Assembly: GCA_965113315.1 (NCBI GenBank)
Contig: OZ220371.1
Source of the DNA: Podarcis vaucheri
Lineage: Eukaryota
Length of the DNA: 64,000 nt
Direction: 5' to 3' (one strand)
Shown one piece after another: positions 1 through 12,051 of the stretch. Below the pieces are notes generated by a model that saw only the letters and a list, made by a program, of their open reading frames with translations, searched no databases and was not told the origin of the DNA. The position numbers and the translations under genes were made by a program. The stretch's first letter is position 1; each line of letters begins with the position of its first letter.

Positions 1-2949
1 GGCACTTATAGAAGCCAGACCTTTTTTGGAGTTAGCTTAGTAGAATGAGCCAGTTTCAAATTTTAAACGTGTGAGACAAAGAGGATTAGGGATCTGCTTC
101 CAGCCAGTGGAAATTTGATTTCAAAAGAAAACAACCATATTTTTCAAACTTTTTATTCCTATTGTATGAGTGCCAACTGCAATAACTTTAAAATTAGTTC
201 TGTATGGTGGATGTCAGTTGCTTCAGCCTTAAAATCTAAAATCCAAACATTTTATCAGGGACTTTGCTAAAGCAGATTTTATTTAATCACACCAGTCACA
301 CGCCTCAGTTAATAGACTTTTGCAGATTCACAAGATATAATCACACATTTTAGATTGAAAGGTGACTATATTGTTCATATTGCAAGCATGGATACTTTTC
401 ACATATTGGTTTTTCAATGCCATTGTTTAAAGAAGCATTAAACTAACAGCATATGGATCCTTGGAATATGCAGGGCTAGTTTCCTAAGGTTCTGATTAAC
501 TCATATGCTTACTAATGTACATGGCACTTTTGCATTTGAGGACATGCCATAAGCTTTTTTCTGCCCATTTTACTGATGTCTCCAAGGACAATAGCTTCAT
601 AATTTATAAGCAGTTACGTTGCTTTTGGATTTTATTTGTGTCATTGAACACTGTAAAAACATAAACATTAGTAGAGGTATATCTTTTAAGGAAGTATAGC
701 TTCTTTTTGCAACCAAGAACCTGTGAGAGGTAATCTTAGTTGGATGAATTTCCCCACATTATAAAAAAAAAGGTTGCTTCATTTTTGAGTTTGGTCTCAG
801 CTGTCCATGTCCGCATAAAAGCAACATAATTAAACTGTATACTGTTGGAAGTCCATATTTCTCATCTATTGAGCTTTTTACCAGAGCTGTGCATTCATTT
901 CAGATGAATCCTAAATCCAGATCTGAAGTGAGCCCTTCAAAAAGATTCTGGATTTGTCTAAACCAAATCTGGTGCCCTCCAAATAGGTCTGAGCTAAATA
1001 GCTTTGTTGAGGCTGCTCAGCCTTCCCACCTAACAACTGGTGTTACATGTCACTTCCCCACATGTCAGCTGAACAGCCTCAACAAAGCCCCACTGCCCCT
1101 CTGGCTTGTGCAGAGACCCTCCCCAGAGCCTGCAGATGATGTACTCCTCAGGTAGAAATCCTAGCAAGCTACTAGGACTCTCCAGGTGCTCCCCACTGAT
1201 GTGCATTTCAATGATGCACGCAAAGGCCTGGGAGTAAGGCCCATTGAATGCAGCGACACTTACATCTGAATAAGTGTGCATAGTATTGTGCTGCATTTTT
1301 CTTTATGACCTTGGCTTTTTTGAGCCTCACTGTACTTAAGATCAGATTATTTGACAGTATTGCTGCAAAACTATGCATGTCTACTAAGGAATAAATCCCA
1401 GTTGACTCAGACTTTCTTAGTACTGTATAAACATGCATACAACTGGGCTTTAATTTTAACGCTAAATTTGAGCATTGGCATTTCCTCCTTCTTAATAGAA
1501 GAGTAAAGGTACTTCATTTATCTCTGTCTGTTCTACAGAGTTTCAATAATTGATATGGTATATTGGTTAACAAAATATCAAACACTAATTCAGTCTGCTT
1601 TGAAAATTTTATTGAACCAATTTAGCTCAAGTTTTCTTTTTCCACCCTAAGTGAAATCCAGTGTCATGCAAAGAAACTTTCATTTATGCATCAGGCTTTA
1701 ATCTTCCTATCTTTCCCATCCCCCAAAGCTGTTCCAGAAGATCCCCAATCTTCCAGATCAAATTTAGGGGATATGATGGGGGCTGCCAAGGGAGAAGAGG
1801 AAGGCGAAGTCTGTTTCTGTTGGGATACTGCCAGGGAGACAAAGTCCATCATGGCCCCCAAGCCGGCTGACGGACGATCCATCGATCTCCCATAGATATA
1901 GTATCAGCAATTAGCGACACGAGTTTCCAGAAATTAGCCTGCCACATTCCAGAGCTCATGCACACTCTATCAGCAGATAATTCACAGCAGAAGTTGCACG
2001 CAGAAGAGCATATTTACAAGTTTATTCAGCGTTGGTCAGAACAAAGAAAGACATGACTGCCTGCTTCAGTGTCTCCAGACACACAGAGAGAAACGAAAGC
2101 AATAGGAAACATAAACATCCTGTGAACAGGAAATGCGCAGACTCTGTGACTCACAAAGCCTGCTCCCTTTTAAGGTGGAACGTAAATATCCTAACAGTTT
2201 CATGAGTGGGAGTCCATTCCATTTGTACATGGTCACTGTTAGATACATTCCTTCAATATTATCCAAATTTGAAAAACTTATTTTACTATTATGATTGCCT
2301 TTGTTTTATGTTCCTGGTGGTTTGCATTTTCTTTCTAGTCTCTGATCAATTTCCCCCCACTTCTGTGGATCCTGATGGATTTTTGTTTTGTTTTTTGTTT
2401 AGTGGTTGATTTTGTTTTTGTCTTGAAGACCCTGAATCACTTGGCCACTGGTTGCTAGAACTGGCTGAGCAAGAAAGCTTGCTGTGCACAGTTTCTGCTC
2501 AGTCATCCCATTCCCACACCAGTCATGCTGTGAGGCTGTGTGGATATCTCTCTGTGCTCATTCTGCTCTAGTCCTCTCTACTTACCTATACCAGTTGTCA
2601 CTGCAGATTGACTAGAATCTTCAAAGTACACATGCACATCCTGACATTTCTCTTTGGTTAAGAGAGGTGCCATATTTTTTATTTTTATTTTAGAAATCAA
2701 TGGTTTTGTTATAGATCATCAAGGTTCACTGCCATTTTAGCTCCCTGCAAAAGGCATACTCACTTTGCTAATGCCAAGGAATCATACAACAAAATGCAAT
2801 ATGAATCCTATTGGTTGAGATCATATTGAAAAGTGGCTGCTGCACAAGCACATCAGAGATCTCAAATCAATAACGTTAAATGTTACATTTTCGGCACAAA
2901 ATTACATTTTCATGATAGTTAATATTAGAATTGTGCAAGTGTGGATGAG

Positions 2950-3110
2950 AGTGCTCTCTGGAGACAAAGGAATACAATAGAAAACTAAGAGCAGAATGCT
3001 GTGATTTCTCTAAGACATTTTTCATGGCAGAGAGAAAATGCCACCAGTACTGTAGTAGAATGGATCTGTGGCCTTGGCAGCTAAGGCAAACGATGTTCAT
3101 CCTTAAGGAT
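2950..3110 (-). pseudogene. Pannexin-like EL1-TM2 remnant
   Basis: ORF 2876-3100 NIVCLS...QYWW...HSALSFLLYSF. Confidence 0.5.
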
Positions 3111-3419
3111 AAATGTAAGATTCAATATTTAATTCATGGGATAATTTTTCATACAATCATAATACTTTCAGGTTCTTTCTTTTGTTCTCAGCTTGCTTTC
3201 ATCATTTCAAAAGATACTAACATAACATAAAAAGCATATGGTCATTGATTAATTGATTAAATATACACATTCTTAGTTTACTGACTTTTTCTCTTTTGTT
3301 CTATAGATGAAAAGTACACATTTCGGTATATGAAAGCTTTTATGTGGAGGAAGGGGTGTGTGTCCAATAATTCTCAGAAATGAAAGTATTTTAGTGTAAA
3401 GTCAAATTAAAAATAGGTG

Positions 3420-4015
3420 TATATTAGACTTTTGCAATGCAGCGTACTTGAGTTGCCTTCGTGGAGTTTTCACAAACTACAGTTAATGCAAAATATAGCA
3501 GCTTATAGACTGATGCAGAACTTGCAGAACGCACTTTACCAGTTCTCAAGCAGCAACATTGGCTTCTCAATTTCCAAAATGCTAGCTTTAATCAATAAAG
3601 CTGTTAAATGGCTTAGAACCAGGGAATATGAAGGACCACCTTTTTCCTGCTGAATTTGCATTGAGACCGACCCTCTCAGGGTCTCCTACAAGCCCCTCTG
3701 CACCTTTTCAAGTAAGATGGGTGGTGACCAGAGCCAGGACCTTTTCAATTGTGTAACCCTACCTCTGGAATGTCCACCTTTGATGCTGTCTTTATTTTCT
3801 TTTCAGTGCAAGGTGAAAACCTTTGAATTTTCCTAGACCTTTTGAATCATAAGACCTAGTCAGCTCAATGTAACTTTTAGTAAACTTGCTTAAGATTGCA
3901 TTGTGATGTTACTTGGTTTTGTTTTGTTTTAATGCTAGAATTGTACTCAGCTGTGGTGCTTTTCTTGTGTATTTTCTTGTTTTTTTAGTTTGTAAGCTGC
4001 TCTGAGAGCTTTGTG
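3420..4015 (+). mobile_element. Old L2-clade LINE 3' fragment
   Basis: KLQLMQNIAAYRL, LALINKAV and a RAFS..P.LWN-like segment typical of the L2 ORF2 C-terminus, followed by a T-rich 3' UTR. Confidence 0.75.
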
Positions 4016-4037
4016 TAATACATACATTTCAGGAATA

Positions 4038-4249
4038 CAGTGGTACACTTCAGGTTACAGACTCCACTGATCCAGAAATATTACCTCAGGTTAATAACTT
4101 TGCTTCAGGATGAGAACAGAAATTGGGCAGCGGTGGCGCGGTGGCAGTGGGAGGCCCCGTTGGCTAAAGTGGTACCTCAGGTTAAGAACAATTTCAGGTT
4201 AAGAACAGACCTCCAGAACGAATTAAGTTCTTAACCCGAGGTACCAATG
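4038..4249. mobile_element. Tc1/mariner (Tigger-like) MITE, family A
   Basis: TA|CAGTGGTAC...GTACCAATG|TA TIRs; near-identical to 7910-8151. Confidence 0.85.
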
Positions 4250-4269
4250 TAAATATAAAACTACCGGAC

Positions 4270-4560
4270 AACAAGCACTTCAAGGGCCCAATTTGTATTT
4301 TATCATACAGGTATGGGAGCTTGCTTTTGTGTGGCTGCATCCCACCCTGCTGTCCCTCCAAAACCTTTGGTAATATCTGTGAAGAGGAAGTGCATGGGGC
4401 ATGTGGAATATACCTCATTTTCCATGTCTGTAAATAGAGGGGAACAATGTTGATATGTGGAATGAACTATGGAATTCACCAGATTTGTACAGATTCCTCT
4501 TTATAGATTCTCACAAAACATAAGATAAAATCCTGCCATGTAGAAGCATCTCCAGTAATG
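4270..4560 (-). pseudogene. Pannexin-like TM1-TM2 remnant
   Basis: LEMLLHGRILSYV; HCSPLFT; ORF 4194-4418 YIPHAPC...PHKSKLPY (cf. PHKALPY). Confidence 0.55.
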
Positions 4561-4861
4561 CTATCTTAACATTTAGCTTTAATGGCAGAATGTTTAAAAG
4601 AGACCATATAAAGAAATAAGGAGTTATTCAGTTTAGTTTATTTATTTGAACCTTTTATGCATAAATGTAATGTGAGCATTATTAAGTGTGAACTGTGTAG
4701 AAAAATCTTACAGTAATCATTCTTGGGCTTGTGAAAAGAATGCAAGTCATAAATCATTACTTATGTCAAAGAAAAAAGTTTCCTAGCTAAAAGTTTGACA
4801 TAACTGGTGTGTTTATAGTATACAGAGACACTAAATAGTGAATTGTCCATTTTAAAAAACG

Positions 4862-5220
4862 GGGACCAGGTGGCACTGTGGGTTAAACCACAGAGCCTAG
4901 GACTTGCCGATCAGAAGGTCGGCGGTTTGAATCCCTGCAACGGGGTGAGCTCCCGTTGTTCAGTCCCTGCTCCTGCCAACCTAGCAGTTCAAAAGCACAT
5001 CAAAATGCAAGTAGATAAATAGGTACCACTCTGGCGTGAAGGTAAACGGTGTTTCCGTGTGCTGCTCTGGTTCGCCAGAAGCGGCTTAGTCATGCTGGCC
5101 ACATGACCCGGAAGCTGTACACTGGCTCCCTCGGCCAATAAAGCGAGCTGAGTGCCACAACCCCAGAGTCAGCCACGACTGGACCTAATGGTCAGGAGCC
5201 CCTTTACCTTTACCTTTACC
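4862..5220 (+). mobile_element. Sauria SINE (Squam1)
   Basis: tRNA-like head with A/B boxes, (ACCTTT)n tail, approximate TSD ccattttaaaaa. Confidence 0.92.
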
Positions 5221-5759
5221 ATTTTTAAAAATAAAGTAAAACCCTATTTTATCTTTTAGTACATAGATAACATAAAACTTGTTGTCTTTAAAACCAAGAT
5301 TTACATCCTCAAGGCCCTTGAAGCAGCAGAATCCCAAGAACTAGAATTACACTATTTATTTTTGAAACAGTGTCTTAGATGATAGCTTGTCAGTCAATCA
5401 CGCTAATAGAAGGAAATATATAATATTAAGCTTGGGGTCCCTTGCAGTAGTGATATTGAGACACTTACTTCTGTCTTAGACAGATGGTGTGGGGGAGGTT
5501 GTCAAAGGGAAATGTGTTACATGTAATTTTGCAAGAAAATAGTGCTTTTGAAGGAAGAAGGGAAATGTCTTTTAAAAATGCAACAGTTCAACTGTTCATA
5601 CGCACTGCAGTGTGGAGGCAGAATATCTAGTGGCTGTCATGATTCTGACTCATGAGAGGGCTTGTTCAGTGCTCCCAGAATTTTTCCATTTAAGGAACCT
5701 GAAAGCCTCCTTTATAATTTTGTTTGGGATGTAGGAACACAGGGGAGTCTGGATGTATA

Positions 5760-6345
5760 CCAGTCTAATTTTTGAAGAATTATGCAAGCATGCATAATTG
5801 TAAATGTTTGTGTCTGTATATGGAATTTTCACTGAAATAATATTGCAACTCATTTCCACTTCATTTGTTTTCGGGTGAGCTCTCAGAACACACACACACA
5901 CTAGATATATCTTACTATTTTGTTTCTCTTTTGCAAATATTCTTCTGGAGTCTAATGTGTTACATTCTCTCACCATTAACCTCTGGGGGGCAGGCAGTTA
6001 GAATTGTCATTTACTCCTTGCTGGTGTCGATTTAGATCTTTCTGTAGTACAGTCTTATGATGCTGCCATGAGAGACCTGCATAAAATGTGCCAACAAGAA
6101 ATTTAAAATGAGAAATATTTAATCTAATTTTGTCAAGGAGATGGAGCTACCTACAATTTAAAAATTGACACTTTTGGAAAGGTATGAAAAGCTGCATCTA
6201 GCAATAACTTCTTTGGTTGGGCAACTTTTAAAGGAGCAGGATCATTGTATCTGATTATGTTCTTTGAACTGCAAAAGGTAAAACAAATCACACTGCTGTA
6301 AAAGACATCCACTATTTTCTGAAGTAGTGTTCTGCAGCCAAACTT
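5760..6345 (-). pseudogene. Pannexin-like domain remnant
   Basis: ORF 6151-6420 TLLQKIVDVF...KNII..DP...LLDAA. ORF 5650-5976 KQNSKIYLVCVCVLR and EMSCNI (cf. KQRSHSLVATYLLR, EFSCSI). Confidence 0.55.
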
Positions 6346-6393
6346 TTGGACAATGATTTCAGCCATGACACACACACACACACACACACACAC

Positions 6394-6880
6394 GTACATC
6401 AGATTTGAAGGCGACACCAAACTGGGAGGGGTCGCTAATATCTCATTACCTCTGAAGAATCAAGATTCAAGATCTTAACATATTGAAAAACCAGGTCCAA
6501 ACTTAACAACATTAATTTCAACAGGGACAAATGTAAGGTTCTGCAGTTAGGTGGAAATAATCAGATGCACAGATTTAGGATAGGGGACACCTGGCTTGCT
6601 AACAGTACACATGCAAAGGATCTAAAGCAGCAGCAAGAACACACACACAAAAAAACCTAATGAAATTCTAGACTGAATCAACAGAAGTATATTACCACTC
6701 TGATTTTCCTTGATCTGGAGTACTGTGTCCAGTTCTGGGTACCACAGTTTCAGAAAGGTATTGAGAAGCTGGAACGTGTGCAGATGAAGGTGACGAGGAT
6801 AATAAAATGGTCTGGAAACCAAGCTTTATGAGGAACAGTACCAGAGTTGGATATGCTTAGCCTGGAGAAGACTAGAGAGG
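6394..6880 (+). mobile_element. CR1 LINE ORF2 fragment with internal deletion
   Basis: FEGDTKLGG...DKCKVL.LG...GDTWL...YCVQFW.PQF.K.IEKLE; flanked by (CA)n and (TAG)n. Confidence 0.85.
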
Positions 6881-6887
6881 AGAAATA

Positions 6888-6888
6888 A

Positions 6889-6929
<41 letters not shown>
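6888..6929. repeat. (TAG)n microsatellite
   Basis: Seen directly. Confidence 0.95.
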
Positions 6930-7329
6930 ATAGATACAATAGCCTACCACCTTTTTTTCTCTAGTAGCAACTGATTTATTATCAAAATAAAAATAATATT
7001 ATTGATATTTATTAAATTTCTATATTGCCATTCATGATCACAGGGTGGCTTACAATATAAAAACACAATACATAACATAGCAACAAACAAAAATACTCCC
7101 TCCCCCCAAAAAAAGCAAAACATAGTTTAAAAGGCCATAGATAGTTGAATTACCCTCTTGTCTCTCATGGAGGGGGCACATGAAGAAGGGCCTTAATGAT
7201 GATTGCAGGATCTGAGAATGAGCAAACTGGTATAAGATAAACTTTTGCTCCCTTTTCTGTACTCTTTCAGTAGAGGCACAAAAGTCAGTGATGACAATGC
7301 TTTATCCCATCTTTAGGAAATAAAAAATA

Positions 7330-7680
7330 AACAAATCTGCCCATAGGCTAGGCATACAAAAAGCTATGAAAAGGCAAGGTTATTTAAAAATGGTACTACA
7401 CAAACATTTCTCTTTGTTGTTGTCCTCATTTACAGACAAAGAACTGTAGAACTCTCCCAGCTTGCTTGCCCTTTCCTGTCCTTCCATAACGCATGTGTAT
7501 GCTTGTTCATTGTGAGTCTTCACTGCCAGAAAGCACAATACAGTATAGATACTGTGTTTGATTTGTTCAGAATTGCACTTATTTGTGAAATTGCCTCTAA
7601 TCCAATGTGGAGGAACTGTTACATAATTACGTGTGAGCAGACTTGCAATGGCCAGGACCTTATCTCAAAAGGTGATGATT
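7330..7680 (-). pseudogene. Pannexin-like TM1-TM2 remnant
   Basis: PF*DKVLAIASLL (cf. PANX2 PFDRVVTIGTVL); LCFLAVK; CLFIAFCMPSLW. Confidence 0.6.
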
Positions 7681-7909
7681 TGTGTTGACTATCCTAGGAG
7701 AAACTATCAGTCTGAGTCCAGCTCTGCTTGCACAAAAATAGGGGGGAAGACAGCCCCAGGAAAAGAAACAGAATAGCTGTGGCACAAATATTTTTTAAAT
7801 GGATGTCTGTACCCAAACACAAAAAAATACTGTAAGTGTTGAACTTTAGAGTTTTAATACATTATTGTTTCCTTGCCCAGAATTTATTTCTCTAAGAAAT
7901 GTGTATAGA

Positions 7910-8151
7910 CAGTGGTACCTCAGGTTACATATGCTTCAGGTTACATATGCTTAAGGTTACAGACTCCGCTAACCCAGAAATAGTGCTTCAGGTTAAGAAC
8001 TTTGCTTCAGGATGAGAACAGAAATCGTGCTCCGGCGGCGCGGCAGCAGCAGGAGGCCCCATTAGCTAAAGTGGTGCTTCAGGTTAAGAACAGTTTCAGG
8101 TTAAGAACGGACCTCCGGAACGAATTACGTATTTAACCCGAGATACCACTG
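7910..8151. mobile_element. Tc1/mariner MITE, family A
   Basis: CAGTGGTACCTC...GATACCACTG|TA. Confidence 0.88.
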
Positions 8152-9952
8152 TACTGGATGGGATAAATGGGTGTTTTCCTTGTCCTGTCAGGACCAGGAA
8201 TGCTTGCTTTATCACAAAGTTTCAGGGTAGTCTTCTATTTGTGTGGATTCAATTCCAGTTGGTGTAACCCATTAAGAACTGTGTTAACCACACTTGCAAA
8301 CTGAATTTGTGCCCCATCATGGCTTGTGAATGGGAGCAAAGAGAATCTACATATTTCCCTGGATAGTATAATCAGTGTAAAGGGCAGAGTGTTTTATCCA
8401 AGAGCGGACTATAATGGTGTCCTGGGCAGGGCTCTTGATCAATTTCCTTCATTTCCCCCTGTTTCCTGCGTCCCCCATCTTCCCAAAAAATCTGCTTTGG
8501 AGAGTTGGGGACTGAGTGCAAGATAGCATGGGAGACTGCAGTGGGGAATTTGAATCAGCAAAAATCAATCCTTTCTCTTCTTTTAGTGGAGACACCCACT
8601 GAAATTTGATCACAGGTACCAATTAGATTCCTCCCCAAGTATTATCACTCTTTGGGATTTATCACAATCTTCGTACAGATGTTTTATGTATGGACTAATA
8701 ATTTTCCATACAGAGGCAAGTAACCAGAATATTAAAAAGCAGAATGCTTTCTAAACTTACAAACACCCGCTTCCTAGTTCAAGTCCTTATTGCTTTTTTC
8801 ACAACTCACACTTTATTTCTAGTCACCTTGCAAGAGATGCTTAGGAATACAGTTTTTGAAATAAAATTGATTTTTCATTAATAGGCCTTTGTTTCAGACC
8901 CCAGATATTCCAAATTGACCTAGCGTATTGTTCAAGCATAAGCAATGGATTCCCAGTCTGTCACCTCAGGTACTTTGCTAATGTAGCATTGATCAAATCT
9001 ACAAATCCTAAACTCGGGAGAAGTGATAGAAATATTAGCCATGGGATGCACTACATGCCCAAAAGATAAATTGTTCAGGATGTCATTTTGCAAGTTGGAG
9101 GTCACAATTCATTCATCTTGTTACTTTGTTGTATCCCTTTAGTGGTTTCAATTGCAGGATTAAATATTGAATGGTGGCAGATCATTCAATATATCGCTCT
9201 CCTATGTTGGCATTAGAAGGCTTTTCATGCTTAGAATGGAACTCTGTGCACACAGAATGCCAAAGGTAATCGTGCTGATGATCTGTTCTGTAAGATTAAT
9301 CCCACAACAATATTACCAAGCAATTCTTAACACATTGATTTATCCCTGATACGACACTTCTAAAACGAATGGATGCACCGAGCTTTTTAGAAATGGGATT
9401 GTGAGTGGGACCTTTTCTAAAATGCACTATCAAAAATTAATCAATTTGTGAGTCCTTTGAGGAACGTTTCAGGATTCTGGGTAAATTTCACAAAGTTTTT
9501 CTACATAGTCAATGGTGGAAACAAAAATATCTGGGCAGCCTTCTCCCAATAGATTCTCTACAGAATGACTTAATGAACCTGACTTACATCATACTGCAGA
9601 AACGCCTTCTTCAGTTTTATCTAATAGAGCTCAATTTATTTTAAATAACATTTATTAGTTCTACTTTTCATAATACATGGAATTATCTAGATCCTAGCTT
9701 CATTTGATTGATTTATTATTACCTAATTTGATTTCCTGTCCAACAGAGACAGTTTATAGATGTCTATTTTGATAACAGAAAATATTTTGATGTGGAGTCA
9801 GCAGAATAATGCTTCAATTTCTCAAATAACCCTGTTATCAGACTGTAATAATTTGGTTGACAATAATCTCATTTGTTCTGTGAATTAACTAATTTCCTTC
9901 TAGGGAAGTTATTGTCTTTAGATTTTGCTGGGAGTGTCCATTCTTAAAATCA

Positions 9953-10082
9953 TGATAGCTCAATCAGTTGAGCTGGATATACTCAATCTATGAGTCATTG
10001 ATTCAAGCTCCTGTTGAGTAATAGATTGCAAGAGGTTGCACTAGATGATCCTCGTGGTCCCTTTCAATTCTATGATTCTATA
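9953..10082 (+). mobile_element. Short tRNA-headed SINE with CR1-derived tail
   Basis: TAGCTCAATCAGTTGAGC A box, GATTCAAGCTC B-box-like, tail ...ctagatgatc...attctatgattcta. Confidence 0.6.
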
Positions 10083-10200
10083 TGTAGCTTTAGCTTTTCG
10101 ATGGCTAGCTATCACCAGCATTTTGTATTAGCAATTGTAAGCTTCCTTTGCCTTTCAAAATGATTTCTTATTATTTTTGGTTTTAATATAGACCATGCAG

Positions 10201-10205
<5 letters not shown>

Positions 10206-10257
<52 letters not shown>
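10206..10257. repeat. (GT)n microsatellite
   Basis: Seen directly. Confidence 0.95.
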
Positions 10258-10259
<2 letters not shown>

Positions 10260-11808
10260 AATGCAGTGTATTAAATGGACATTGTGTGGTGTCATTGTAC
10301 TAGTTGCCACTGTAAATTCAAACTTAAAGGCCTATCATCCATGGCTCTTTGCCTGCTTTTTACCGATATTTTCAAGTTAATACATCTGTGAAGTACGTGC
10401 TTACCCAGATTCACAATCAGATATCAAATGTACTGCCATTATAAGTCCCACTGCGTGGGAAGGAGAAATGAATGAAACTCATTAGAAAGTACTTTCAATA
10501 TATTTTCTTCCCTAGTGCTCAAATCCATTTTTGTACTGTAGAAACCTTCCATAATGTTTAATGCTTGTCTGCTGTGCATGCTAGCAAATTTTATATTTGT
10601 CATCTTGTTCTAATTTAATGAAAGTGTAGTTGGCCATCTATTTTACAGAAGGCAGATCACATGTGCAGCTATAACCAGAATAAAGTATTTTCTTTTCTCT
10701 GTTCCACCATTTCTGGATATAAACAGCTTAAACACGCAGACACATACACAGAGTTTGCATCTTGCCTTGTTGATTGAGAAAATATTATTGACTTTCTTTA
10801 ATCTACTTTTTTTTAAAAAAGAAATTGTGACTGATCTTTAAGTGTGTGCTCCCAGTATTATTTAAATAACTCTGGAGATTTTCCAAAAGGGAAAATATAG
10901 CTGTTTTACATTGTCACAAATTGATACTACTAATCTAACAAGTACAAAATAAAATAATAACAGAACATGAACTTTTGGAACAATAATACTGTCACATGAG
11001 AATCAAATTCCTAATAAGAAGCTGTGCAGATTCAGCAGCATGGCTTTTGTTCACCTAGATAAAGGTGCAGAAATGATTAACTAACAGAGTTGTAATGGCA
11101 CCATATTGGGTACTAACACAGTTTAGCAGCACCATATTGTGTGCTGTTAAATAGGCTAGCCACATTTTGCATATCAAAGAAAATTAGTATTAGTGACGAT
11201 TCCTACTAATTTCAATAGAGTTCTCTTAAAAGAGTGTAAAATGCTCTATTTAATAGACTACTTTTGAAGTTGAGCTGGAATTTGATGCAGGCCTTATGGA
11301 TGTGTGAGGACTTGTTTAGGGTTGTATAACCTCAGTCCTAGACTTGTTTTCTATGTGCATCAATTGGATGTGAAGTTCTTCCCAGTGAAGCCATAGAAAT
11401 CGTCAAATCAGAGGATCAGGTCTTGGGAATGACACAAAATGATGCAATGGCTTAATTTCCCATTTGACTGACATCCTTCAGGTTCCACATTTATTTATCT
11501 GCTTGAGATCATCACATTTTTCATCCTTCTGCCAGAAGGAATTCTGTCTTCTGATGGGACCTCTTTGGATATACAGCTAGAAGTGACCTCAAAAGGTTCT
11601 TCAGTCATCCTATCTCAGAAACTGAATCCACCTAAACAAGCACAACTAAAAGCTTGTTTAGCCTACTTCTAAAGACATCCACTGGTTTCCTTTGATCTGT
11701 GTATGTGAAGATGCCATACACAGAAAGATGAGACTGTCTATTAATCCATTTTTAAAATTCTTGCTTCAACAAGCTGTTGGCCTCCCCTCTCCATCCATTA
11801 CAGTCAAT

Positions 11809-12051
11809 TCAAATAATCAACTGAGTTAAGCGTGTTACATAATGAGTGTGATTCAACAGTGAATCACAATATGTGCTGTCACCAGAGTTGCACATGCGTA
11901 GCACTTTAAGAAATAGCTGAACTGTCAACTGTGTGAGAAGAAAGGAAAGCAGACAAAGACTTAACCTTACTGCCTTTCCTAGCAATGGCTCAACAGAATC
12001 AGTGTTTAAAGGACTACTAGCAGCCCAAGCTTTTGGGCCTGGAAAGAGCAT
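11809..12051 (-). pseudogene. Pannexin-like TM1-EL1 remnant
   Basis: EPLLGKAVRLSLCLLSFLL...NSGDSTYC (cf. ELPLDRIVK...SGSPISC). Confidence 0.5.

Noticed and set aside
1001-1088. 21-bp inverted repeat as a possible miRNA
   Set aside because: Large loop; more likely the interior of a decayed MITE.
1660-2250. Possible LTR remnant
   Set aside because: No definable boundaries or family similarity.
8587-8615. Possible 29-nt + strand exon
   Set aside because: Weak donor, stops in two frames, and it lies at the end of an old MITE-like repeat.
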